Source: Acidobacteriota bacterium
Lineage (GTDB): Bacteria; Acidobacteriota; UBA6911; RPQK01; CBDAPI01
Assembly: GCA_965198355.1 (NCBI GenBank)
Contig: CBDAPI010000015.1
Location: forward strand, 922,608 to 986,607
DNA length: 64,000 nt
Direction: 5' to 3'
The notes below the pieces were generated by a model. The model was not told where the DNA came from, did no database searches, and worked only from the letters and a program-made list of their open reading frames with translations. The translations under genes were made by a program, and so were the position numbers. Shown here one piece after another: positions 18,677 to 27,735 of this stretch. Every line of letters begins with the position of its first letter. Position 1 is the first letter of the stretch.

Positions 18677-20257
18677 ATGTTGATACTCGGAATTGGAGGC
18701 TGGCTACATGATGGTTCGGCGGCGCTAGTCCTTGACGGTGAGTGCATTGCCGCGATCGAAGAAGAGAAGTTGCTGCGCCAAAGGCACCCTGGTGGTTTTC
18801 CGGGCCGGGCGACGACGACCTGTCTAAAGATCGCCGGGGCCCGTCGAAAGGATGTCGACATAGTTGCCCTTTCAAAGCCTCTTGACGCCGGGAAAGAGGC
18901 CAGTGCGCTTCTGCATTTGAAGACACTCTTCCCCAATTCGAAAACGGTTATCGTTGATCACCACACAGCGCACGCTGCAGCTGCCTTTTTCCCTTCCCCA
19001 TATGAGAATTCCCGTGTCCTAACGTTGGATCACCATGGTGACGTTTGTTGTGGAACGATTTGGCAAGGTGCGGGGAATCAGTTGCAAACGATAGACGCAA
19101 TCTACTATCCAGACAGCCCGGCAGCTCTCTATACCAAAGTCACAGAGTTGGTAGGCTTTAAGCCCGACTCCGAAGAGCACAAGGTCCAGTGGCTGTCGGT
19201 CACTGGAGAGCCACGGTTCAAGGAGCTGTTTCTAGCGATCCTTGGTATGGGCCGAGATTCGCTCCCGAAGCTTGACCATAGCTATTTTGATACTGGACGC
19301 GCGACCCATGGCGGCTTTAGTGAGCGTTTCTATCGTGAGCTGGACATCAATCTCGATGAGCCCTTGGGCGAGGACATCAAAGCGGATCTGGCGGCGAGCA
19401 TCCAAACAGCCGTTACAGAGACCGTTCTGCGCATGGCTGGAGAAGGAAAAAACATCTGCCTTGGGGGCGGTCTGGCCTACAACGCCTTGCTGATCCAGAG
19501 CATTGAGGAGGCCGGTCGGTTTGAAAACGTATGGATCCAGCCGGTGACAGGGAACGCTGGGATATCGCTTGGCAGCGCCCTGTACGCACTCCATCAGAGC
19601 CAGTCCGACGCCAAAAGGCACGTCTTGCGCAACATCTTCCTGGGGGAAGAGTATGGTAGCGAAGAGATCAAGCGGGTGCTGGAGAATTGCAAACTGCGGT
19701 TCGGCTACCATCAGAGTAAGAGCGAGATGGGTAAAGCTGCAGTGCAGCAACTGACCGACAATAAGATTGTGGCATGGTTCCAGGGCCGAACTGAGTTTGG
19801 TCCTCGCGCACTAGGAAACCGCAGTATTCTGGCCTCTCCTCGCAATCCCTACGCGACACAAAACCTCAACGAGTACATCAAACATCGTGAACCTTTTCGC
19901 AAGTTTGCGGCCTCGATTCCAGAAGAGCTGGCCTCTCAGTACTTTGAGGTTAGTGACAATTCCCGGTTTCTGGCGACGGTAAGCCGCGTCAAGCCCAGTC
20001 ATCAAGAAACATTCAGTCCGGCTTTGCTGGAGGGTGACAGAATTCGGGTCCACGTGGTCTGCAAAGAGGAGAATCAGCTGTACTGGGAGCTCTTACAGGC
20101 GGTAGGGAAAGCGAGTGGACTGCCTGTTGTCTACAACACGTCATTCAACCTCTTCGGAGAGCCATTGGTCTCGGATCCTCGCTCAGCGGTTCGAAGCTTC
20201 TACTCTTCGGGAATCGATACCCTCTTCATCGGGAACTTTGTCGTAGAGAAGAAGTAG
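18677..20257 (+). CDS. NodU/CmcH-family carbamoyltransferase (likely start MLILGIGG; ORF-track start 18635)
   Basis: MLILGIGGWLHDGSAALVLDGECIAAIEEEKLLRQRH...CLGGGLAYNALL. Confidence 0.8.
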   Translation: MLILGIGGWLHDGSAALVLDGECIAAIEEEKLLRQRHPGGFPGRATTTCLKIAGARRKDVDIVALSKPLDAGKEASALLHLKTLFPNSKTVIVDHHTAHAAAAFFPSPYENSRVLTLDHHGDVCCGTIWQGAGNQLQTIDAIYYPDSPAALYTKVTELVGFKPDSEEHKVQWLSVTGEPRFKELFLAILGMGRDSLPKLDHSYFDTGRATHGGFSERFYRELDINLDEPLGEDIKADLAASIQTAVTETVLRMAGEGKNICLGGGLAYNALLIQSIEEAGRFENVWIQPVTGNAGISLGSALYALHQSQSDAKRHVLRNIFLGEEYGSEEIKRVLENCKLRFGYHQSKSEMGKAAVQQLTDNKIVAWFQGRTEFGPRALGNRSILASPRNPYATQNLNEYIKHREPFRKFAASIPEELASQYFEVSDNSRFLATVSRVKPSHQETFSPALLEGDRIRVHVVCKEENQLYWELLQAVGKASGLPVVYNTSFNLFGEPLVSDPRSAVRSFYSSGIDTLFIGNFVVEKK

Positions 20258-20263
20258 AGAAAA

Positions 20264-20287
20264 GGAAATCCGAAATCCGAAATTCCC
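20264..20287 (+). repeat. heptad array (GGAAATC-CGAAATC-CGAAATT), 7 nt after the carbamoyltransferase stop and abutting the IS end
   Basis: ggaaatccgaaatccgaaattccc. Confidence 0.7.
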
Positions 20288-21952
20288 GTGCTAGCCCGGA
20301 TTATGCAAAAACCGTAGTCCGGTGTTGAAAAACGAGTCGAGAAGTGGCCCAACTCGGAAGCGGGCAGTTGTGACAGGCGGATTTGCGAAGAATATCGGTT
20401 GGCGAGGCGTTTGAGTGGTTGGGGGAGTGAATTTCAGACAGATCTGGGCCTGGATGAGTGTCGGAAGCGGTTTTTCGGGGAACTGGGAGAAGCTAGCTGG
20501 AGTTCAGGCGACTCAAGACGAGGTGAAAGAGGGGTTGTTCGGGAAAGGCTGAGGAAAGATGGACCCAGATGCGTCGAGTGGTTTGTCGGATCCGGGCCCC
20601 GATCTTGAGGACACGACGACGTAAGGTTTCGATTTCGAGCTTGTGCCAGGGGGTTCCGTGCAGATAGTCGCGCAGGCGCACGAACATCTGGTAAGCCAGT
20701 GCATGCAGGAGGAGTCGAAACTGGTTGGCCAGGAATCGATGACAGCTGAGTCGGTCCATGCTCAGATGATTCTTAAAGGCCTTGATGAAGTTCTCGGTCT
20801 GCCCTCGGTCGGTGTAGTGGTCATAAAGTGATTGGGAGCAGAGATCGTCCCGGTTGGTGACCACAAAGCGACGATTGATCCCGCGCTGATCGACCTCCAC
20901 TTTGACAATGACGCGACGGGATCGATCCCAGCTCTTGGCTCGATAAAGAAACTCGTCAAACTGACGCTGTTTTTCCTCCCGCTCAACGAACCTTTCCCGA
21001 GTCGAATCCAGCAGGGGCTCGACCACTCGCTGCAGGCGAGGGTTGCGACTTAACCCAATGACATATTGGAGTTGATTCTCTTCACCTTCACAGAACTCGT
21101 AGAGCCGAGGCGTGGCAAAGCCGCTGTCGGCCCGAATCTCAATCTCGACATCCGTCCCCACTGCTTGTCGGATGGCCTCCACGACGCGCTTCAGAATGGG
21201 CACGATGTGAGAGGCAGCCCCCTTGTTGCCAGGTCTCAACACGGCACAGACCAGGTCTCCCGTGGCGGCATCGAAGATCAGCAAAGGATGCAGAATGTGG
21301 TTTCGGTAATACCCGTGGTAGAAGGCGAACTCCTGTTGGCCGTGAGTGTGGTCGTCGGTACTGTCCAGATCCAGGATGATCTTGGCGGGACGTCTCTTCT
21401 TCAGGGAGCGCACATAACGGCGTAGCAGCCACCGGCTCAGACGCATCAGATCCTTCTTGGTGACGGAGTTCTCCAAGCGGGAGAAAGTCGGCTGGGTGGC
21501 CAAATCGGGATCGCTCTCGGGCAACTGATCACAGACTGTCTTGAGCATCGGATCCGAGCGCAGCGTATCGGCGTCATTACAGTCTTCGTAGCCGGCCACG
21601 ATCTGCAACACTCGTTGTCGGATCAACTTCAACAGGTCATGACGAATGTAGCGTCGGTCCCGGCTTTCCGCAATACACGAACTGAAGCCCTCGCACAATC
21701 GATGTTGCCGATCCAGCGATCCAAACAACAACCATCCTGCGTCGGAAGTGAGGCTCCCCCCATCAAAACGAGCTGTGATGTCTCTGTGGCTGTGAAATGG
21801 CAGGGTATTCTGGCAGACTGTTTTCAACATAGCCGTAGCTCCTGTTTAGGGTTGTTTTTATGTAAACCCTTTTATATCAGAGAGCTACGGCTTTTTTTCT
21901 GGACCCAAATCTCACTCGGATTCAGATCTCTTGCATAATCCGGGCTAGAATC
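20286..21952 (-). mobile_element. IS1380-like insertion sequence, copy 2 (inverted relative to copy 1)
   Basis: ends gcTAGCCCGGATTATGCAA (20283-) and CTTGCATAATCCGGGCTAg (-21952); internal sequence is the reverse complement of 7604-9248. Confidence 0.8.
20493..21830 (-). CDS. IS1380-family DDE transposase (445 aa), copy 2
   Basis: identical to 7728-9065 except for 2 substitutions (N/K, T/R). Confidence 0.8.
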   Translation of the reverse strand: MLKTVCQNTLPFHSHRDITARFDGGSLTSDAGWLLFGSLDRQHRLCEGFSSCIAESRDRRYIRHDLLKLIRQRVLQIVAGYEDCNDADTLRSDPMLKTVCDQLPESDPDLATQPTFSRLENSVTKKDLMRLSRWLLRRYVRSLKKRRPAKIILDLDSTDDHTHGQQEFAFYHGYYRNHILHPLLIFDAATGDLVCAVLRPGNKGAASHIVPILKRVVEAIRQAVGTDVEIEIRADSGFATPRLYEFCEGEENQLQYVIGLSRNPRLQRVVEPLLDSTRERFVEREEKQRQFDEFLYRAKSWDRSRRVIVKVEVDQRGINRRFVVTNRDDLCSQSLYDHYTDRGQTENFIKAFKNHLSMDRLSCHRFLANQFRLLLHALAYQMFVRLRDYLHGTPWHKLEIETLRRRVLKIGARIRQTTRRIWVHLSSAFPEQPLFHLVLSRLNSS

Positions 21953-21957
21953 ATTGC

Positions 21958-24900
21958 GTGTTGTCGAGTCTGTGGAAATGGGCTCCCCGGGCCGGCTTTT
22001 ATTTGGGGGAGGCGCTTGGGTTCCTGGTATCGGTGGGGTTGCTGGCTGCCTGCACCGAGAGGGGCCCCAGACCTGTCTTGTCCGAGGTTCAGTTGGGACA
22101 AGCTGATGCTCCAGGTGGTTCCTACCAGGAGATCCGTCCCGGACCTTTCAGCTTTCATCCCAACCTCGGGCAGTTTGAAAGCGACGTGGAATTCGTAAGC
22201 CGCAGCAGGGATTCGATGCTGCTCTTCAAGACAGACGAATTCCAGTTGTTTTCCCGCTCGACGTCTCTCTCTCACCAGCCGCTGCACAAGGCGCTCACCA
22301 TGAGGCTCGTCGACGCCGATCCCCGCGCCACGGTCCGCGGCCAGAAGCAACTTCCCGGAATAGTCAACTACCTTCGGGGAAATGATCCTGCAAGATGGCA
22401 GACGGCTCTCAAGACCTACCAGAGAGTTCATTACCAGAGCGTCTACCCTGGGACAGACCTCCTTTTCTATGGAACGTCCAAAGATCTCGAGTACGATTTT
22501 GTCCTTGGCCCCGGGGCCGATCCGGAGCAGATTCGACTTCGCTTCGATCACCCGGTCGAAATCGACAGCTCTGGGGATCTTTCCGTAGCGACCCCAGCGG
22601 GGATCCTCAAGCTTCGCCGGCCTGTTACCTACCAGCATAGGCTGGGGACTCAGCAGGAGATTCCATCCCGGTACCGAAGACTCGAGGGCGGGGATGTCGG
22701 GTTTTGGATAGGCGACTACGACCGGCGCTACGCTCTGACGATTGATCCTGTGGTAGTGCTCTCCAGCTTCCTGGGAGGCGGAGAAGCGGACTCGGCTTCA
22801 GGTGTTCAGGTGGACGCGCGGGGCGATATCTACATTACGGGCCTAACTTCTTCCATCAACTTTCCCACCAGCGCCGGAGCCTCTCAACAAGCCCCTGCCG
22901 GGGGAGCGGACATCTTTGTCACCAAGCTCAACGCCCAGGGCGATTCAATGATTTACTCCACCTACGTGGGTGGTGAAGGGGACGATCTCCCTGCGACGCT
23001 TGGCATTGATTCCTCTGGAAATGTTTACGTGACCGGCCAGACGACGTCGCAGGATTTCCCGGTGGCCGGTGCTTTTCAGGAGGAATACGGAGGAGGAACC
23101 TCCGACGCTTTTCTCTTCAAGCTCAACCCCAACGGCACGGGTTTGGCTTATTCGACGTTTCTGGGAGGCCGAAGCAACGATACCGGCAACATCGTCCGGA
23201 TCGATTCTCAGGGAAATGCCTATGTGGCAGGGTTTACCCGCTCCGACGATTTCCCCGTTACTGAAGGCGTCCTGCAGCCAAATTACCGTGGAGGACTCGC
23301 CGACGCTTTCGCGCTCAAAATGAATCCCGCCGGTTCGAGTCTCCTCTATTCCACCTACCTGGGAGGGAATCGACAGGACGAGGCCCGGGACATCGGGTTT
23401 GATGCGGAAGGGAATGCTGTCGTGGTGGGTCTGACCGATTCGACCAACTTTCCCACTGCAGAGCCCTTCCAGGGGCAAAGAAACGGGCAATTCGACGTCT
23501 TCGTCAGCAAACTGGATGGGGAGGCTTCGACACTGGTTTTCTCCACCTACCTGGGAGGGAGCTCTTCGGATGTTCCTTTCGGAGCCATCGTGGACGAGGC
23601 TGGCGACATATACATCGTGGGTGAAACGGGCAGCTTTGATTTTCCCACCGAAAGCGCCCTGCAACCGGCCAAGTCCGGAAGTCTGGATGCCTTTGTCACC
23701 AAATTCCGGGGAGATGGTGCAGGGCCCATCTTCTCCACCTTCCTGGGCGGGTCCGGCTTCGACTCGGGTCGAGCCATTGACGTCACCGACAGCGGCGGTG
23801 CCGTCATTGCGGGCGTGACCACATCGGCCGATTTCCCCACCCTGGCCACTCTCATGGTCGACCCCCAGGGCACCGACGCCTTCCTGGCCGCCCTCAATCC
23901 TTCGGGCTCCGGCCTCCAGTACAGCACTTACGTGGGCGGACCGGGGACGGAGTTCGCTACTGGCCTGGCCTTGGACGCAGAGGAAAACGCTTACGTGGTC
24001 GGGTCAGTCGATCGGCCGGGTTTTTCCACGCTAGCGGCTTTGCAGGATTCTTTCGGGGGGAAAGGCGTTTTTGTGAGTGCGAACCGTGCTGGCAACTGGC
24101 AGGGTTCCGGTGAAGGCTTGAGCAACCCCAATATCGAATCCCTGGTAGTCCATCCTGACAACTCTGCCCTCCTCTATGCGGGAACCTCCGGCGGCGGAGT
24201 TTTCAAGAGCAGCGATACAGGGGAGACGTGGTCGTCCTCCGGTCTCGAATTCCAACAGGTTCTCGCCCTGGACATCGACGCCACCAATGACATCCTCTTT
24301 GCCGGGACGACTAACGGCCTCTTCAAGAGCGAGGACGGTGGAGAGAACTGGGATCAGATGAGGGAGTACCTGCCCTTTGCCGCCTTCCCGGTACTGGTGG
24401 TCGACTCCAAAGGGCCGGAAACCGTGTATGCCGGGAGCCAGGGCCGAGGCGTATTCAAGACGACCGACAGCGGAGCCAGGTGGAGAGCCATCAACAACGG
24501 CCTCAGAGGCAGCGCTCAGCAGATTCTCTCGCTGGTCATAGATCCTGGTAATAGCAGGCAGCTGTACATTGCGACTCCCCGGGCCGTCTACTCCAGCAGC
24601 AACGGCGGCGCCACCTGGCAAATGGCCGAGGCCAACCTGGAGGACTTCTCCACGATTTCGACTCTTATCGTCGACGCTGGGGGCCCGGCGACGCTCTACG
24701 CCAGCGGAATCTCAGATACGACCAGCATCCCGCCTGAATTCTGCGACTTTGCGCCCCCCTGTAACAACTTCGTTTTGAAGTCAACCGACCGCGGAACCAA
24801 CTGGGATCTGTTCGCCATGGGTGGTCCGGTGTCTTCGCTGGCCCTGGATCCGTCAAACCGATCCACCCTGTATGCCGGGACTTTCAGGGCTGGAGTCTTC

Positions 24901-26544
24901 AAGAGCACCGATGGGGGCGAGACCTGGGAAGAAGCCAACTCGGGCCTGCAGAGTCTGCAGGTGACAGCTCTTTCACTCGATCCTTCCAACTCCTCCCGAC
25001 TGTATGTGGGAACCCGGAGCTCCTCGGACGGTTTTTTTCTGAAAATAGCCCCTACCCAGGTTTTTTTCTTTGCTCAGATTGGAGAGGGCTCGCAGGGTCA
25101 AATCCGCCTTCAGACCACTTTGATTCTCATCAACACGGGAGGAGATACGGTGGCTCGGGTGGAGTTTCTTGACTCTTCCGGCCAGCCTCTCGAAGTGACG
25201 CTGGGGGACCTGGGAAGCGACAGCATGTTTGAGATTCCCCTGGCCAGGGGTGCTGCATTCTCAGCACAGACGGCCGGTGAGGGTCCTGTTCGTGTTGGGT
25301 ACGCTCGAGTCACCACCAGCTCGGGTGTTGGCGGTACTGCGGTGTTTACTCGTACCGACATTGCCACCGGGGTTGTTCTCTATGAGGCCGGTGTGCCCGC
25401 CTCACCTGCCCTGTCCGGACCTGTTTCTCTCTTTGTGGACTCTCTGAACAACAAAGACACCGGGCTGGCATTGGTGGTGGCCGGCCCGGAGAATCTGAAC
25501 CCGTCCGGAAACACCGAAGTTAACCTCGATCTTTTCGACCGGGATGGAAACCAGATCGGGCAACAAGAGTGGAATCTGGAGCAGGGCGAGCATCGGTCGA
25601 TTTTCGTTCCTCAGATCTTTGCAGAGATCGCTGAGCAGGTGGGTGAGATGCAGGGTGTCCTCCGGGTTCGTTTCGACCAGCCTGTGACGGGTCTGACCCT
25701 GCTCCAGGGCGACGATCCTGGTCTGGAATTCCCTGCAGAGATTCCGACCCTGACTTCCCTGCCTCTGGTCGAGCGAAGCGGAGTGGCCAACCTCGTCTAT
25801 CTGCCTCAGGTTGCGGATGGGACGGTGATCATCCCCCCCGGTGTTACGGCTGACGACAAGTTCCAGACCGGTTTCCTGTTCGTCAACAGCGGCGTGTTCC
25901 CCGCTCTCGTCACCCTGGACCTGTTTGGCCGCGATGGAGAACCCCTGGAACTGACGCTGGGAGACCAGGGAACCGACTCAACTTTTCAGGTTTTTGTATC
26001 TCCTGGTTTTTTCTTTTCACAAAGCTCGGGTGAGGGATCGCTCAGCATCGGTTATGCACGGGTCTCATCCAGCACTACAGCACTGGGGGTGGCTGCAGTT
26101 TTCACGCAGACTGACCTTCGCAACCAGACAGTCCTTTATGAGGCGGGAGTGCCGGCCGCCAGCCCGCTTCGCGAGTTCAGTTTGTTTGTAGATACTCTGG
26201 GAGTTGGTAACACGGGCCTGGCCCTGGTGAATCCAGACCTCGAAGAAGAGGCTGTCATCCAGCTTCGCCTCTACGACAAGAACTCCAATCTGATCAATCG
26301 GGAAGAGATAGTGCTTGGACCCGGCAGGCATCTGGCCCAGTTCGTCACTCAACTCTTCTCGCAGGGACAGGCCCAGCTCTTTGAGATGGAAGGCGTTTTG
26401 ACGGTGGAAAGCAGCCAGCCGCTGGCCGCCGTGACGTTGCGCGTACGGGATGATCCACAGCGAGACTTTCCCGCAGACGTTCCGACGCTGGCAACTTTTC
26501 CGGTCATCCCGGGTCGAGCCAGACTGGATGACCCGGAACCTTAA
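21958..26544 (+). CDS. 1528-aa lipoprotein-type giant surface protein: SBBP beta-propeller repeats, then six S-x-D-x-G-x-T/N-W (BNR/Asp-box, sortilin/Ycf48-like) repeats, then 3x unnamed C-terminal module
   Basis: lipobox LLAAC; repeats YSTYLGG..D.G..I..D..GN.YVTG.T.S.DFP (x ~9); SSDTGETWSS, SEDGGENWDQ, TTDSGARWRA, SSNGGATWQM, STDRGTNWDL, STDGGETWEE; C-terminal ...DTGLALVNPD..EAVIQLRLYDKN... Confidence 0.8.
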   Translation: MLSSLWKWAPRAGFYLGEALGFLVSVGLLAACTERGPRPVLSEVQLGQADAPGGSYQEIRPGPFSFHPNLGQFESDVEFVSRSRDSMLLFKTDEFQLFSRSTSLSHQPLHKALTMRLVDADPRATVRGQKQLPGIVNYLRGNDPARWQTALKTYQRVHYQSVYPGTDLLFYGTSKDLEYDFVLGPGADPEQIRLRFDHPVEIDSSGDLSVATPAGILKLRRPVTYQHRLGTQQEIPSRYRRLEGGDVGFWIGDYDRRYALTIDPVVVLSSFLGGGEADSASGVQVDARGDIYITGLTSSINFPTSAGASQQAPAGGADIFVTKLNAQGDSMIYSTYVGGEGDDLPATLGIDSSGNVYVTGQTTSQDFPVAGAFQEEYGGGTSDAFLFKLNPNGTGLAYSTFLGGRSNDTGNIVRIDSQGNAYVAGFTRSDDFPVTEGVLQPNYRGGLADAFALKMNPAGSSLLYSTYLGGNRQDEARDIGFDAEGNAVVVGLTDSTNFPTAEPFQGQRNGQFDVFVSKLDGEASTLVFSTYLGGSSSDVPFGAIVDEAGDIYIVGETGSFDFPTESALQPAKSGSLDAFVTKFRGDGAGPIFSTFLGGSGFDSGRAIDVTDSGGAVIAGVTTSADFPTLATLMVDPQGTDAFLAALNPSGSGLQYSTYVGGPGTEFATGLALDAEENAYVVGSVDRPGFSTLAALQDSFGGKGVFVSANRAGNWQGSGEGLSNPNIESLVVHPDNSALLYAGTSGGGVFKSSDTGETWSSSGLEFQQVLALDIDATNDILFAGTTNGLFKSEDGGENWDQMREYLPFAAFPVLVVDSKGPETVYAGSQGRGVFKTTDSGARWRAINNGLRGSAQQILSLVIDPGNSRQLYIATPRAVYSSSNGGATWQMAEANLEDFSTISTLIVDAGGPATLYASGISDTTSIPPEFCDFAPPCNNFVLKSTDRGTNWDLFAMGGPVSSLALDPSNRSTLYAGTFRAGVFKSTDGGETWEEANSGLQSLQVTALSLDPSNSSRLYVGTRSSSDGFFLKIAPTQVFFFAQIGEGSQGQIRLQTTLILINTGGDTVARVEFLDSSGQPLEVTLGDLGSDSMFEIPLARGAAFSAQTAGEGPVRVGYARVTTSSGVGGTAVFTRTDIATGVVLYEAGVPASPALSGPVSLFVDSLNNKDTGLALVVAGPENLNPSGNTEVNLDLFDRDGNQIGQQEWNLEQGEHRSIFVPQIFAEIAEQVGEMQGVLRVRFDQPVTGLTLLQGDDPGLEFPAEIPTLTSLPLVERSGVANLVYLPQVADGTVIIPPGVTADDKFQTGFLFVNSGVFPALVTLDLFGRDGEPLELTLGDQGTDSTFQVFVSPGFFFSQSSGEGSLSIGYARVSSSTTALGVAAVFTQTDLRNQTVLYEAGVPAASPLREFSLFVDTLGVGNTGLALVNPDLEEEAVIQLRLYDKNSNLINREEIVLGPGRHLAQFVTQLFSQGQAQLFEMEGVLTVESSQPLAAVTLRVRDDPQRDFPADVPTLATFPVIPGRARLDDPEP

Positions 26545-26851
26545 CCTCGCTCCTTCCAGCGTGCCGGCGCGGCCGCTCTGTTGAGTACACCGTCGGAATT
26601 ATTTACATTCTGTCCTGGCTCGCACGAATGGACGACAACCATTGTGCTTACATGTATTTATATGAACTTTGCAACTCTCCGATTCTTGGCAAGCTGAAAA
26701 GCTGTTTGAATTCTTTACACTTCTCCAACCAGTGGCAATTCATATGTCTGCGAAACAGGCAACTCAGGTCTATTGAGAAGGGTTATTAACTGCTTGTTTT
26801 TCAATATTTTAAGGTCTACTGAAACGACGTCATGAATCACGCAAGAAGAAG

Positions 26852-26867
26852 TGGCACCCGAATTGCT
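26852..26867 (+). promoter_or_regulatory. sigma-54 (-24/-12) promoter candidate TGGCAC-N5-TTGCT, ~65 bp upstream of the PEP-CTERM gene
   Basis: gTGGCACccgaaTTGCTttc; AT-rich leader; sigma-54 enhancer-binding protein gene at 63387-64000. Confidence 0.5.
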
Positions 26868-26930
26868 TTCAGCTTGAATTGGAATGAGCAGTAGAACTAT
26901 CGAGCTAGGAAAACAGAGGGGCTTCTGAAG

Positions 26931-27545
26931 ATGAACGTGAAAATGTCGGCATTGATCGTATCTATGGTCTTGATAGCGGCGGGATTCGTTGGCAACACAG
27001 AAGCAGCTACTATTACGTTGACGGGTTCTCAGATTGACTCTTTCGCTTTTAGCGCCGTAAGTAGTTCCTCGAACGTTTTTTCTGCCAGCAATAATTTTAA
27101 TGGTTTTTTCGATGTCGATTTCGACTCCACCAGCCCCGGCGCTGGATTGGGGGTCTTTGAACTGACAGGCCTCAGCATAACCTACACCGCAGGCGGATAC
27201 CTCTCGCTACTCTTCACGAATTTGAACTTTAGCACCTGGGGCTTCGAGTTGGTTGTTACTACGGATGGCGGAGTTTTCACAAGCGGCGTAACTGCCATCA
27301 CTGCAGGGTTTTCCAGTATTCTGTCCGCCACCCTGGCTTCGGGCTCTACGATCACAGATATTGAGATCTCGGTCTCGGGAACTATACCCAACACGAGCAA
27401 CCCCTTCGGTCTAGACGACGTGGCCGCTGATTGGCGGGTCCAAAGCGTATCCGAACCGGGCTACGTACCCGAACCGGGCACCTTGCTGTTGCTGGGCGCG
27501 GGCCTGCTTGGGTTACCCTTGGTGAGAAGACTTTCAGGAAGGTAG
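26931..27545 (+). CDS. PEP-CTERM sorting-domain protein (exosortase substrate), 204 aa
   Basis: signal peptide; C-terminus ...GYVPEPGTLLLLGAGLLGLPLVRRLSGR = PEP motif + TM + basic tail. Confidence 0.75.
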   Translation: MNVKMSALIVSMVLIAAGFVGNTEAATITLTGSQIDSFAFSAVSSSSNVFSASNNFNGFFDVDFDSTSPGAGLGVFELTGLSITYTAGGYLSLLFTNLNFSTWGFELVVTTDGGVFTSGVTAITAGFSSILSATLASGSTITDIEISVSGTIPNTSNPFGLDDVAADWRVQSVSEPGYVPEPGTLLLLGAGLLGLPLVRRLSGR

Positions 27546-27569
27546 AATAGACGGCTTACCAGGCTAACC

Positions 27570-27610
27570 AAAAAGGGCCGGTGGTTTTGGACCACCGGCC
27601 CTTTTTGGTT
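27570..27610. terminator. bidirectional rho-independent terminator between convergent genes
   Basis: perfect palindrome aaaaaGGGCCGGTGGttttggaCCACCGGCCCttttt followed by a T-run. Confidence 0.7.
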
Positions 27611-27735
27611 TGGCCCTTTTTTTGTTTCAGGAATCGAGCGAAATTGGGTTGCCCCCGTTGTGACGCCGGTTATGACCCGATGCCTGGCCACCGTGCATAC
27701 TTCATCTCTGACACCCCCCGCGGAGCTGGGTCGGT

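Noticed and set aside
21922-22638. 238-aa minus-strand ORF overlapping the start of the 1528-aa lipoprotein gene
   Set aside because: Antisense to a strongly supported repeat-domain gene in GC-rich DNA; no domain signal; a typical spurious long antisense ORF.
22945-23927. Several 120-240-aa minus-strand ORFs inside the SBBP-repeat region
   Set aside because: Antisense artefacts of a GC-rich repeat gene.
26480-26544. C-terminal ...RLDDPEP of the giant lipoprotein as a degenerate PEP-CTERM
   Set aside because: PEP is the very last tripeptide with no following TM helix or Arg cluster; read-through past the stop gives no TM segment either.
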